Part shown: one piece after another, positions 27,669 through 36,568 of the stretch
Layout of the letters: every line of letters starts with the position of its first letter
Numbering within the stretch: position 1 is the stretch's first letter
Assembly (NCBI GenBank): GCA_046759925.1
Contig: JBHIDD010000001.1
Coordinates: 1 to 36,590 of the forward strand
DNA from: Kiloniellaceae bacterium
GTDB lineage: Bacteria > Pseudomonadota > Alphaproteobacteria > Kiloniellales > J153
DNA: 36,590 bases
Reading direction: 5' to 3'
Notes under the pieces: generated by a model
Seen by the model: the letters and a program-made list of their open reading frames with translations, nothing else
What the model was told of the DNA's origin: nothing
Database searches by the model: none
Translations under genes and position numbers: made by a program

Positions 27669-28231
27669 TCCTCCGGCTCCTCCTCCTGCTCGTCGCCCGC
27701 ATTTGTCGCCTTCTTGGCCTGGTGCTCTCGAATGGTCCGATCCTTGAAGCGCTCAAGAATGTCCTGGTCCGCCTGGGAGAGCGCGCGTTCGGCTTCCTCG
27801 GCCGCTTCCTCCTTGCCGTAGCGCTCGGCCAGACCGAGGAAGCGATCGCGGGCGTGCCGGTCGCCCTTGAGGGCCGTGGCGCGCAGCTGTTTGAGGGCGG
27901 CGCGCTGGCTGGAGACCGTCGTAGCGCGCCCGTCCTGCCGGAGACTGACGGGCTCGGCCAGCTCCTCGCGCAGGTCGGTTCGAAAGTTCCTGGTGCCCTT
28001 GGGCCGGCCCTTCGGGTTGCCGGAGCGGCCCTTCGGGAAGCGCGTGTGGGCGGGCTTCGCAAAACCTGCTGGACTTTTAAGCGCTTGCAGAGTGATCTTG
28101 GCCCGGCCATTCGTGGCCGGATCAAGAACACTCTGCTTAGGCTTGCAAAAATGTGGAAGACGAGGCGGCCGGAGCATGTGGTCATATCGATGACTTCGGT
28201 CAGCGAACGAACTCCCGTATCCCGAGATCAA
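27665..28231 (-). CDS. DUF5681-type phage protein (occupies the small-terminase position). The native 5' end has been replaced by repeat copy C, so it may be a pseudogene.
   Basis: RFPKGRSGNPKGRPKGTRNF is the hallmark DUF5681 N-terminal motif, followed by a helical acidic tail. Residues upstream of this motif are encoded by the MITE/REP-like copy C. The only in-frame starts (28231 and 28177) lie beyond or inside the repeat. Confidence 0.55.
   Translation of the reverse strand: MISGYGSSFADRSHRYDHMLRPPRLPHFCKPKQSVLDPATNGRAKITLQALKSPAGFAKPAHTRFPKGRSGNPKGRPKGTRNFRTDLREELAEPVSLRQDGRATTVSSQRAALKQLRATALKGDRHARDRFLGLAERYGKEEAAEEAERALSQADQDILERFKDRTIREHQAKKATNAGDEQEEEPEE
28039..28141 (+). repeat. Copy C of the MITE/REP-like element, missing the outer ~25-bp arm
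   Basis: agcgcgtgtgggcgggcttcgcaaaacctgctggacttttaagcgcttgcagagtgatcttggcccggccattcgtggccggatcaagaacactctgcttagg aligns to 969-1071 with a handful of mismatches. Confidence 0.85.
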
Positions 28232-28237
28232 CCGGGC

Positions 28238-28543
28238 TCAGGTCGGCTCGGCTGCTAGTTCGGGGTTGAAAATGCCCCGGCGTACGTTGCTGATCTCGAC
28301 GCGCTCGAACAGGCCGGCCTTGGTGAACGGGTCGCCCTCCGAGAAGGCCTCGGCGGCCTTGCGGTCCGGTACGCTGACGATGAAGAAGCTGCCGTAGAGC
28401 GTCTTGCCGTCGTCTTCCTGCCTGGCGCCGGCCCAGATCAATTTGTCCAACTGGGTGTTCAGATAATCGACGTGGAAATGGAGGTTTTCTGTCCGCAGCT
28501 TGGCCGCGTTCGGCTTGTCGCTGCAGTGAATGACGAAATACAT
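28238..28543 (-). CDS. YciI-family protein
   Basis: 101 aa: MYFVIHCSDKPNAAKLRTENLHFHVDYL......GSFFIVSVPDRKAAEAFSEGDPFTKAGLFERVEI. This is the typical YciI-like fold signature. The start is set at ATG 28543; the longer track ORF adds an Arg-rich extension. Confidence 0.8.
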   Translation of the reverse strand: MYFVIHCSDKPNAAKLRTENLHFHVDYLNTQLDKLIWAGARQEDDGKTLYGSFFIVSVPDRKAAEAFSEGDPFTKAGLFERVEISNVRRGIFNPELAAEPT

Positions 28544-28829
28544 GGCGAAAGCTTCTTCCGGTCTAATCTGAGGATGGAATTCTCTCCGACGCGAATGGCT
28601 CCTTCCGGTCCCGCGGCCGCGAGTCCAGGTATTTTGTCTGCTTCTGGTGGACTCGAGACCAGTTCTCGCACGTCCGAATCGCAGTGCCTGGGGCCGATGG
28701 CAATTTTCCGGCCGCCTCCCGGTATCCATGGGATGCCGGTGCAGTAACGGATTCCTCCGTTTTGCTGGCGGTTTCAACCCTTTTTCCTGACGATTTCAGA
28801 CGCGGTCCCCGGCCAAGCCAACGCCGCCG

Positions 28830-28858
28830 TTGACATGCAATTCGATGTTGATCATAGT
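28830..28858 (+). promoter_or_regulatory. Putative sigma70 promoter of the transport/aminotransferase cluster
   Basis: TTGACA (28830-28835), a 17-nt spacer and CATAGT (28853-28858), in an AT-rich stretch. It is followed by tctaga / tatata palindromic sequence. Confidence 0.4.
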
Positions 28859-28894
28859 TCTAGAGCTATATAGGTATATCCGAAAATCGCAATC

Positions 28895-28926
28895 ATGTCC
28901 CGATGATTCCATTGTCCCGGTGATTC
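28895..28926 (+). promoter_or_regulatory. Tandem 15-bp direct repeat in the 5' leader (candidate regulator binding site)
   Basis: atgtcccgatgattc (28895-28909) and ttgtcccggtgattc (28912-28926) match at 13 of 15 positions, with a 17-bp periodicity. They lie between the putative promoter and the SBP start. Confidence 0.4.
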
Positions 28927-29015
28927 ATGAACGCTTCGCGGCCATCTGGGCCTGGAGGAATCGATATCGGGAAGAGCGGTTGACGTGCGAACGCACAAAT
29001 AGGGAGGAAGAGGAG

Positions 29016-30086
29016 ATGCGTGGATGCAAACTAGAATACCTCACCGCGGTCTTCGTCGGTGTGGGGATCATCGCCGCGGCGTTGAGCGTGCCGGTACCGG
29101 CGAGCGCCGATGGAAAACTGACCATCACATCGTTTGGCGGCTCTTTCCAGGAGGCGCAGCGCAAGGCTTGGTTCGAGCCGTTCGCGAAGGAGAAAAACGT
29201 TAACGTTCTCGAAGACGAATGGAGCGGCGAGATGGCCAAGCTTCGGGCCATGGTCCAGTCCGGAAACGTGACCTGGGACGTGGTCGGCATTTCTGATGGA
29301 CAGCTTCCGCTTGCGTGTGACGAAGGATTGGTCGAACCCATTGATCCCGCAATGTTCGGCGGCAAGGACAATTTTCTCCCGGGCTGGACCCATGAATGTG
29401 GTGTCGGCGCCATCATCGCCTCGATCGTGATTGGCTATAACGCCGAAAAGTTCCCTGGCGAAAAGCCGAATACCCTGGCCGATTTTTGGGACGTCGAGAA
29501 GTTCCCCGGACCCCGTGCCATGAAAAAATGGCCCAAGCACAACCTGGAATTCGCGCTGTTGGCGGACGGGGTTTCTCCTGGAGAGCTGTACGACGTATTG
29601 GGCACCGACGAAGGCGTCGCGCGCGCCTTCAAGAAGCTGGACGAGATCAAGCCGCATGTGAAGGTCTGGTTCACCAATTGGGCACAGCCGGGTCAATTGT
29701 TGGCCGATGGCGAGGTGATCATGTCCACCGGGACCAATGGGCGTCTCGGGGTTGCTGCCAAATCGGCCCCGCAGATCGAGTTCTTCTGGGACCGCCAGGG
29801 CTATAGCGGCGACATGTGGGCGATCGTGAAGGGCGCCAAGAATAAGGCGAACGCGATTGAGTTCATCAAGTATGCCAGCCAACCCAAGAACGCGGCCCGG
29901 ATTGTCGAACACATCTTGTATCCGCCGCCGGTGCCGAAGGCCTTGGCGGCAATGCCTCCGGAGCTCGCCAAGGAGATGCCAATCAACCCGGACAACCTGA
30001 AGACGGCCTGGGTTGTTAACTCCCGGTTTTGGGGCGATCACCTCGACGACTACGAAATCCGTTTCCAGGCCTGGCTGGGACAATAA
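29016..30086 (+). CDS. ABC transporter periplasmic substrate-binding protein (PotD/PotF-like extracellular solute-binding family)
   Basis: 356 aa. The signal-peptide-like N-terminus is MRGCKLEYLTAVFVGVGIIAAALSVPVPASA. The mature part (KLTITSFGGSFQEAQRKAWFEPF ... WDV...) is typical of polyamine/opine-type SBPs. GGGAGGAAGAGGAG lies just upstream of ATG 29016. Confidence 0.8.
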   Translation: MRGCKLEYLTAVFVGVGIIAAALSVPVPASADGKLTITSFGGSFQEAQRKAWFEPFAKEKNVNVLEDEWSGEMAKLRAMVQSGNVTWDVVGISDGQLPLACDEGLVEPIDPAMFGGKDNFLPGWTHECGVGAIIASIVIGYNAEKFPGEKPNTLADFWDVEKFPGPRAMKKWPKHNLEFALLADGVSPGELYDVLGTDEGVARAFKKLDEIKPHVKVWFTNWAQPGQLLADGEVIMSTGTNGRLGVAAKSAPQIEFFWDRQGYSGDMWAIVKGAKNKANAIEFIKYASQPKNAARIVEHILYPPPVPKALAAMPPELAKEMPINPDNLKTAWVVNSRFWGDHLDDYEIRFQAWLGQ

Positions 30087-30128
30087 GGCCCGATAACGCG
30101 TAAGTGTCACGGCGCAGATACCGGCAGA

Positions 30129-30160
30129 CGCGGCCCGGACAAGCGCCAGCCCGGGCCGCG
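30129..30160 (+). terminator. GC-rich hairpin after the SBP gene (possible attenuating or terminating structure; no U tract)
   Basis: cgcggcccgg (30129-30138) pairs with ccgggccgcg (30151-30160), giving a 10-bp stem and a 12-nt loop, 43 nt after the SBP stop. Confidence 0.3.
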
Positions 30161-30409
30161 CCGTCGGTGCAATTCGGCGGGATCCTCATTGACGCTTCCG
30201 TGGTTCCCCCGACATTCGATAAACCTGTTAACCTATCCACGCGCTGCCAACACGCACTCGCTCATGTATCGGAGGTGGGGCTGGATCGGCGGCAATGGCT
30301 TGGGATAACAGGATCACGACCGCCCGAGGGACGACTGAGATAATTGCCGGTGGGAATACGGGGAGGGAAAATATCGGCCGGTTCGGCCCACGTGTGAGAG
30401 AGAACGCGG

Positions 30410-31738
30410 ATGTTTCCCGATTTCAAATCCCGGTCAGGAAAATTATACGAACGGGCCTGCGAGGTCATGCCGGGCGGCAACACGCGCACCAGCCTATATT
30501 GGCCACCGCATCAAATTTACGCCGCGTATGCCTCTGGGACCCGAGTCGTCGACGTCGATGGCGTGGAGCGGGTCGACCTGAACAACAACTTCACCGCGCT
30601 CATCCATGGGCATGCCCATCCAGTAATCGTCGAGCGCGTCCAAGAGCAAATTGGCCGTGGCGCATGCGTCGGCATGGCGACGGAATCGGAAATAGCGCTC
30701 GCCGAGCTTATCTGTTCGCGCGTGCCCTCGATCGAACACATTCGCTTCGCCAATTCCGGCACCGAAGCGGTGCTGGCCACGATCAAGGCGGCGCGCGCAT
30801 ACACCATGCGTCCAAAGATCGCGAAGTGCGAAGGCGTCTATCACGGCACCTCGGACCTCATGGAAATCAGCAACGCCTCCTCGCCCAGGGAGTGGGGGGA
30901 CGAAGCAGCTCCGGCGTCCGTACCGATGTCTCGGGGCACGCCGGAAGGGGTTCTCAAGGACATCATCATCCTGCCGTTCAATAACACCGCGGCGTCCGAA
31001 CGTCTCTTGAAACGCCATGCGCATGAACTAGCCGGAGTGATCATCGATCCGATGCCGGTTCGCTCCGGGCTGATCCCGGCCAAACGGGAATACCTGGACA
31101 TGCTGCGCACGTTCACGCGCCGCAACAATTCCGTCCTCGTCTTCGACGAGGTGCTGACTTTCCGTCTCGGGTATCACGGCGCCCAGACTGTGTTCGGTTG
31201 CGAACCGGACCTCACGGCCTTGGGCAAGATCATCGGCGGCGGCATGCCCGTGGGGGCCGTGGCTGGGAAGCGGGAAATCATGTCCGTCTTCGACCCGCGG
31301 GAGGGATTCGCCGCGTGGCATGGTGGCACGTTCAACGGCAACCCGACGACCATGGTCGCGGGTCTGGCGTGCCTGGAGCTGTTGACTCCGGAGGCCTTCG
31401 AGTGGTTGGACAACCTGGGCGCACGCGCCCGGAGAAGAGTCCGCGAAGTCTTCGGCGCCGCTCGTGCATCCGGGCAGGTCACGGGAGCCGGGTCGCTTTT
31501 CCGAATCCATTGCACCAGTCGGCCGCTCTCAAGTTACCGCACTTTCTATCCATCGCCCGAGGAGGTGCGGAACCTCGAGTGGCTGATGGTGTACTTGCTG
31601 AACCACGGGTTCCTGATGACCAAGATGGGGACCGGCGCATTGTCCACGGTAACGACCGAAGCGGAGATCGACCAGTTCGGTGAAACTCTGTTCGCCGGGC
31701 TGAACGCGATGAAAAAGGAAGGGCTCGCGGCGGAATGA
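30410..31738 (+). CDS. Class-III (fold type I) PLP aminotransferase, glutamate-1-semialdehyde aminomutase (HemL)-like paralog 1
   Basis: 442 aa containing LYERACEVMPGGNTR, FANSGTEAVLATIKAARAYT and a LTALGKIIGGGMPVGAVAG (PLP-Lys) motif. The true HemL motif GGVNSPVRAF is replaced by GGNTRTSLY, so this is not hemL itself. Confidence 0.8.
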   Translation: MFPDFKSRSGKLYERACEVMPGGNTRTSLYWPPHQIYAAYASGTRVVDVDGVERVDLNNNFTALIHGHAHPVIVERVQEQIGRGACVGMATESEIALAELICSRVPSIEHIRFANSGTEAVLATIKAARAYTMRPKIAKCEGVYHGTSDLMEISNASSPREWGDEAAPASVPMSRGTPEGVLKDIIILPFNNTAASERLLKRHAHELAGVIIDPMPVRSGLIPAKREYLDMLRTFTRRNNSVLVFDEVLTFRLGYHGAQTVFGCEPDLTALGKIIGGGMPVGAVAGKREIMSVFDPREGFAAWHGGTFNGNPTTMVAGLACLELLTPEAFEWLDNLGARARRRVREVFGAARASGQVTGAGSLFRIHCTSRPLSSYRTFYPSPEEVRNLEWLMVYLLNHGFLMTKMGTGALSTVTTEAEIDQFGETLFAGLNAMKKEGLAAE

Positions 31739-31762
31739 GCCCAGGCGTGGAGGAGCGTTGAG

Positions 31763-33094
31763 ATGTTTCCCGATCCCAATTCCCGATCGGCCAAGCTGTT
31801 CGAACGTGCCCAGAAGGTCTTGGCCGGTGGCAACACCCGGTTCGCGGTCTATACGGCTCCCTATCAGGTTTATGCCGTCCGCGGTTCGGGGTCCCGGGTC
31901 GTCGACGTCGATGGCGTCGAGCGTCTGGATCTGCAGAACAACATGACCGTGCTCATTCACGGCCACGCCCACCCGGCCATCATGGAAAGAGTGCGCGAGC
32001 AACTGGAGCGCGGGACCTGCTTCGGTCTGTCGACGGAATCTGAAATTGCCTTGGCCGAGGTCCTGTGTTCCCGCGTTCCCTCCTTCGACATAGTAAGGTT
32101 TGTGAACTCGGGCACCGAAGCGGTCATGACCGCCATGAAGGCGGCGCGCGCCTATACCGGCCGGCCGAAGATCGCCAAGGCTGAAGGGTCCTATCACGGG
32201 TCCTACGATTACGCCGAGGTCAGCCTTGATTCCACGCCCGAGAACTGGGGCGATCTCGATCGGCCCAATTCGGTGCCCTACGCAGTAGGAACGCCACAGG
32301 GTGTACTCGAAGACGTCGTCGTCCTCCCGTTCAACGACCCCGACCAGGCGTTGCGGATCCTCGAGACGCAAAAGGACGAATTGGCGGGTGTGTTGATTGA
32401 CCCGCTTCCGGGCCGGTTCGGGCTGATCCCGGCTACCCCGGATTTCCTCGACATGGTCCGAGGCTTCACCCGGCGCACCGGTTCGCTGCTGATTTTCGAC
32501 GAGGTTATTTGCTTCCGCCTTGGTTACCGGGGCGCTCAGACCGAGTTCGAGTGCGAACCGGACCTGACGGCACTGGGCAAGGTGGTCGGCGGCGGCTTCC
32601 CGATTGGCGTGGTGGCGGGACGAAAAGACGTGATGTCCGTTTTCGATCTGACCAGGGACCGGCCACCGGTATTCCAAGGCGGCACCTTCAACGCCAACCC
32701 GGTGTCGATGGTCGCAGGATTGGCAGCGATGGAGTTGTTGACGCCGACGGTATTTGATCGGCTGAACGGCCTTGGGGCCCTAGCGCGCGCAAAGATGGCC
32801 GAGGCTTTCGTGACCGCCGGGGCGCCCGGGCAGGTGACGGGCATGGGGTCGCTATTCCGGATTCATACCACCGACCGGGCCATCTCGGACTACCGCACAT
32901 ATTATCCGTCGGCGGCGGAAAAGCAGGAGCTTGAATGGCTCTGGCGGTACCTGCTGAACCACGGAATATTGATCACGAAAATGGGCATGGGCGCCTTGTC
33001 CACGGTGACGACCGAAGCGGAAATAGAGCTGTTCAGCGAGACCCTTCTCGGCGGTCTGCAAGAGATGCAAAGTGAGGGAATTGCTGCAGCATAG
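31763..33094 (+). CDS. Class-III PLP aminotransferase, HemL-like paralog 2 (tandem duplicate of 30410-31738)
   Basis: 443 aa, colinear with paralog 1 and roughly 60% identical or more by eye (MFPDPNSRSAKLFERAQKVLAGGNTR, NSGTEAVMTAMKAARAYTGRPKIAKAEGSYHG, LTALGKVVGGGFPIGVVAG). GGAGGAG lies upstream of the ATG. Confidence 0.8.
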   Translation: MFPDPNSRSAKLFERAQKVLAGGNTRFAVYTAPYQVYAVRGSGSRVVDVDGVERLDLQNNMTVLIHGHAHPAIMERVREQLERGTCFGLSTESEIALAEVLCSRVPSFDIVRFVNSGTEAVMTAMKAARAYTGRPKIAKAEGSYHGSYDYAEVSLDSTPENWGDLDRPNSVPYAVGTPQGVLEDVVVLPFNDPDQALRILETQKDELAGVLIDPLPGRFGLIPATPDFLDMVRGFTRRTGSLLIFDEVICFRLGYRGAQTEFECEPDLTALGKVVGGGFPIGVVAGRKDVMSVFDLTRDRPPVFQGGTFNANPVSMVAGLAAMELLTPTVFDRLNGLGALARAKMAEAFVTAGAPGQVTGMGSLFRIHTTDRAISDYRTYYPSAAEKQELEWLWRYLLNHGILITKMGMGALSTVTTEAEIELFSETLLGGLQEMQSEGIAAA

Positions 33095-33218
33095 GGTCGT
33101 CTCCCGGGAGCGGCCACGAACGCCGGTCTTGTTCGGGACCCGGACCGGACTGGCTGCTTGGTGTGAGTGTCCGCTCGGCCCTGCCGCAGCCGTTTCATGC
33201 TGATCCAGGTTTTGGGAC

Positions 33219-34145
33219 ATGACCGCACGCCCCAATGAGCGGATCGCCTATTTCAACGGCGAATACGTGCCCGAGCGCGAAGTCCGTGTTCCGTTCCGGG
33301 ACCACAGTTTCAAGTATGGCGACGGCGTCTTCGACATGACGCGCACGTTCAACGGCTGTGCTTTCAAGGTCAAGGAACACGTGGACCGGCTGTACAGGTC
33401 GCTACGCTACGCGCAGATCGATGTCGGGCTCGGCCCCGAGGAGTCCATGGCCATCTGGGAGGAGGTGCTGGACCGCAACCGCCATCTGCGCGGCGACAAC
33501 GGGGATTTCTGGCTCGGCCAACGAGCCTCGCGCGGTATCGATGCCGTGGGCGACGAAGGCTGGGACGACACCGGCCCTACCGTCATCGTCGAATGCCTGC
33601 CCCTGCCGTTGAAGGCCCGAGCGCGCATGTTCCGCGACGGGATCCAGGTGATCGTGCCTTCGGTCCGGCGTATGCCGGCGGTTTCGCTCAGTCCGCGGGC
33701 CAAGACCCACATCATCATGCCCCTGCTCATGGCCGAATTTGAAGTCCGGGGGCAAAATCCGGATGCCTGGCCGATCCTGCTGGATCAAAACGGCAACCTC
33801 GCCGAAGGCCGTGGCTCCAACATATTCCTGGTCCGTGACCACGCCGTCTTTACGCCCAGGGAACAGTATGTTCTCCGGGGAATCAGCCGACAAACGGTGA
33901 TCGACCTGGCGCGTGACCTGGACATTCCTGTCGTCGAGACGGATCTCGACCTCTACGACGCCTACAATGCCGATGAGATCTTCATCACGTCGACAAGCTG
34001 GTGCATTTGCCCGGTCAGCCGCTTCAATCACGTCACGGTCTCCGAGGACCGGGTGCTCGGCCCCGTTACCGAGAGGCTGATCAAGGCCTATATCGAATTG
34101 GTCGGCTGCGACTTCGTGCAACAATACCTCGCCCATCTGGAATGA
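33219..34145 (+). CDS. Class-IV (fold type IV) PLP aminotransferase (BCAT / D-amino-acid / R-selective amine transaminase family)
   Basis: 308 aa containing YFNGEYVPEREVRVPFRDHSFKYGDGVFDMTRTF..........HVDRLYRSL (typical class-IV N-terminus), a candidate PLP lysine in SPRAKTH, and the C-terminal EIFITST. Confidence 0.8.
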   Translation: MTARPNERIAYFNGEYVPEREVRVPFRDHSFKYGDGVFDMTRTFNGCAFKVKEHVDRLYRSLRYAQIDVGLGPEESMAIWEEVLDRNRHLRGDNGDFWLGQRASRGIDAVGDEGWDDTGPTVIVECLPLPLKARARMFRDGIQVIVPSVRRMPAVSLSPRAKTHIIMPLLMAEFEVRGQNPDAWPILLDQNGNLAEGRGSNIFLVRDHAVFTPREQYVLRGISRQTVIDLARDLDIPVVETDLDLYDAYNADEIFITSTSWCICPVSRFNHVTVSEDRVLGPVTERLIKAYIELVGCDFVQQYLAHLE

Positions 34146-34182
34146 GCGCCAGCCTGGAGTCGAGATCGTTGGTGGCGAACCA

Positions 34183-35307
34183 ATGAACGAACGCGCCGGC
34201 CAAGTGGAATCATCCGCGACCAAAGACGGGTTCGTCAATTTCATAAACGTCCAGAAAACCTATGACGGCGAGACGCTGGTCATCAAGGATTTGAACCTTA
34301 CGATCCGCCGGGGCGAGTTCCTAACCCTCCTGGGACCTTCCGGTTCAGGCAAAACCACCACGCTTCTGATGCTTGCCGGCTTCGAGCATCCGACGAGCGG
34401 GGAGATCCAGATCGAAGGCCGGTCTCTGGCGCGGGAGCCCGCGCACCGTCGCGACCTCGGTATGGTGTTCCAGGATTACGCCCTGTTCCCGCACATGACA
34501 GTGGCGGAAAACGTCGCGTTTCCCTTGGCCATCCGCAAACGCGCCAAGCAAGAGATCGTCTCGAAAACGCAGGCCGTGCTGGATATGGTGAAGCTGGGCG
34601 GCTATGGCGACCGGCAACCGTCGCAGCTCTCAGGAGGTCAGCAGCAGCGCGTCGCCCTGGCCCGCGCCCTGGTATTTCAGCCGCGGCTGGTGCTGATGGA
34701 CGAGCCGCTCGGCGCCCTGGACAAACAGCTTCGCGAGCAGATGCAGCTGGAGATCAAGCACATCCAGAATGATCTCGGAATCACGGTTGTCTACGTGACC
34801 CATGATCAGTCAGAGGCATTGATCCTGTCCGACCGGATTGCCGTATTCAACGACGGCAGTATCTATCAACTCGGTACTCCGGACGAACTTTACGAGCACC
34901 CTCAGAACGCGTTTGTGGCGCAGTTCGTCGGGGAGAACAACCGGCTCTACGGCAAGGTCGTCGGCATCGATGAGAGGTTCTGCGAGGTCGCGCTCGAGGC
35001 CGGCGGCGTGGTGAAGGCCGTGCCGGTCAAGGTTGACAACATCGGGTCGCGGACCCTGATTTCGGTACGGCCCGAGCGGGTCGTCCTCAACCCGGACGGG
35101 GGTCATTGCCAGAACATCTTTCACGCCCGGATCGAGGAGCTAATCTACCTGGGGGATCACACCCGGGTCAGGGTTAGCCTGTCCGAGACGGCCTCGGACT
35201 TCGTCGTCAAGGTCCCGTTGCACGAGGGACGCCACGGGTTCCGGGTAGGAAAGGAAATCGAGATCGGCTGGCCCGCGGAGCACTGCCGTGCCCTGGATGC
35301 GCCATGA
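34183..35307 (+). CDS. ABC transporter ATP-binding protein (PotA/MalK-like, with a C-terminal TOBE-type regulatory domain)
   Basis: It has Walker A (GPSGSGKTT), the Q-loop, the signature LSGGQQQRVALARAL, Walker B (LVLMDEPLGALD) and the H-loop (VTHDQSEA). Confidence 0.9.
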   Translation: MNERAGQVESSATKDGFVNFINVQKTYDGETLVIKDLNLTIRRGEFLTLLGPSGSGKTTTLLMLAGFEHPTSGEIQIEGRSLAREPAHRRDLGMVFQDYALFPHMTVAENVAFPLAIRKRAKQEIVSKTQAVLDMVKLGGYGDRQPSQLSGGQQQRVALARALVFQPRLVLMDEPLGALDKQLREQMQLEIKHIQNDLGITVVYVTHDQSEALILSDRIAVFNDGSIYQLGTPDELYEHPQNAFVAQFVGENNRLYGKVVGIDERFCEVALEAGGVVKAVPVKVDNIGSRTLISVRPERVVLNPDGGHCQNIFHARIEELIYLGDHTRVRVSLSETASDFVVKVPLHEGRHGFRVGKEIEIGWPAEHCRALDAP

Positions 35308-36557
35308 CCGAGACGGTCGTCATTGGCGGGATAGCAGACGTCGATAAGGTCGCGCTCAAGAGGCAGCTGCAGCGCACGGAACGGGCGCGCAAACTGGTCG
35401 CCATCGGCCTGATCGCACCGCTGTTGCTGTTCATCTTCATCAACTTTGTCGTCCCTGTGGGCGTCATCCTATTCAAAAGCATCGATGACCGTGAAGTCAG
35501 CACCATCCTCCCCCGGGCCACCGAAGCGCTGTCTCAATGGGAGGGCGAGGGGCTGCCCGGAGACGACGCCTTCAAGGCGCTCTTTATCGACATGCGCGAG
35601 GCGCAGAAGGCGCGGAGCCTGGTCAAGGCCGGCAAGCGGCTCAACAGCGCCAAGTCCGGGTTCAACGCGCTGATTGGCAAGACCGGGCGGCGGCTTCCGA
35701 AGAGCGACCCGGAGTCCTACAAGGACGCGCTGATCAAGTTGGATAAGCGGTGGGGAGACCGCGCTTACTGGATCGTGCTCAAGCGCACCGCAAATCCGGT
35801 TACGCCTATCTATCTGCTGTCCGCCTTCGACTTGACCATGGACCAACAAGGCGACGTCGTTCGGGTCCCCAAATACCAGCGGATTTTCAACAAGACCTGG
35901 GTTCGGACCTTCTGGATGAGTTTGGTCATCACGATGATCTGCACCGTGCTTGGCTATCCTCTGGCCTACGTGATGGCGAACCTGCCGACGCGGGTCAGCA
36001 ACATTCTGATGATCCTTGTCTTGATCCCGTTCTGGACATCGCTTTTGGTGCGCACGACCGCCTGGTTGGTCCTGCTGCAGAACCAGGGGGTGGTCAACGA
36101 TTTCGGAATTTTCCTGACCCTGTGGTCGGAGAGGCTGCAGCTGATCCACAACCGGTTCGGCGTCTTCATCACGATGTCCCACATCCTGCTGCCGTATATG
36201 GTGCTGCCCCTTTTCGCCATCATGAAACGGATACCGGCGAGTTACGTTCGGGCCGCCAAGTCGCTGGGCGCGAATCCGCTCGTCGCTTTTTTGAAGGTAT
36301 ATCTGCCGTTGACCATCCATGGGGTCGGCGCGGGCGCGTTGTTCGTGTTCATCCTGTCGATTGGCTTTTACATCACCCCGGCGCTGGTCGGCGGCCGCAA
36401 TGACCAGATGATCAGCTACTTCATTGCGTTTTACACGAACGAAGTCTTGAACTGGGGCGCGGCGGCGGCGCTGAGCGCCGTGTTGCTGGTGCTGACCGGC
36501 GCGGTGTTCTACGCCTTCAAGACGACATTCGGTCTCGACAAGATGCAGATTCGGTAG
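35304..36557 (+). CDS. ABC transporter permease (PotB-like) with a ~140-aa periplasmic insertion after TM1
   Basis: 417 aa. Its start overlaps the ATPase stop (ATGA). TM1 (LVAIGLIAPLLLFIFINFVVPVGVILF) is followed by a long hydrophilic segment, then five hydrophobic helices and an EAA-like loop (AAKSLGANPLVAFLKVYLPL). Confidence 0.85.
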   Translation: MTETVVIGGIADVDKVALKRQLQRTERARKLVAIGLIAPLLLFIFINFVVPVGVILFKSIDDREVSTILPRATEALSQWEGEGLPGDDAFKALFIDMREAQKARSLVKAGKRLNSAKSGFNALIGKTGRRLPKSDPESYKDALIKLDKRWGDRAYWIVLKRTANPVTPIYLLSAFDLTMDQQGDVVRVPKYQRIFNKTWVRTFWMSLVITMICTVLGYPLAYVMANLPTRVSNILMILVLIPFWTSLLVRTTAWLVLLQNQGVVNDFGIFLTLWSERLQLIHNRFGVFITMSHILLPYMVLPLFAIMKRIPASYVRAAKSLGANPLVAFLKVYLPLTIHGVGAGALFVFILSIGFYITPALVGGRNDQMISYFIAFYTNEVLNWGAAAALSAVLLVLTGAVFYAFKTTFGLDKMQIR

Positions 36558-36568
36558 GGGCCAAGGGC

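Noticed and set aside
28770-28780. ggtttcaaccc as a possible attR copy of the tRNA-Ala 3' end (ggttcgacccc)
   Set aside because: Only about 8 of 11 positions match, and the match does not extend into the acceptor-stem sequence. That is too weak to call a direct repeat.
29031-32677. Minus-strand ORFs 29031-30110 (359 aa) and 31529-32677 (382 aa)
   Set aside because: They are antisense to the SBP and aminotransferase genes, which have strong family motifs. No domains are recognisable in these ORFs.
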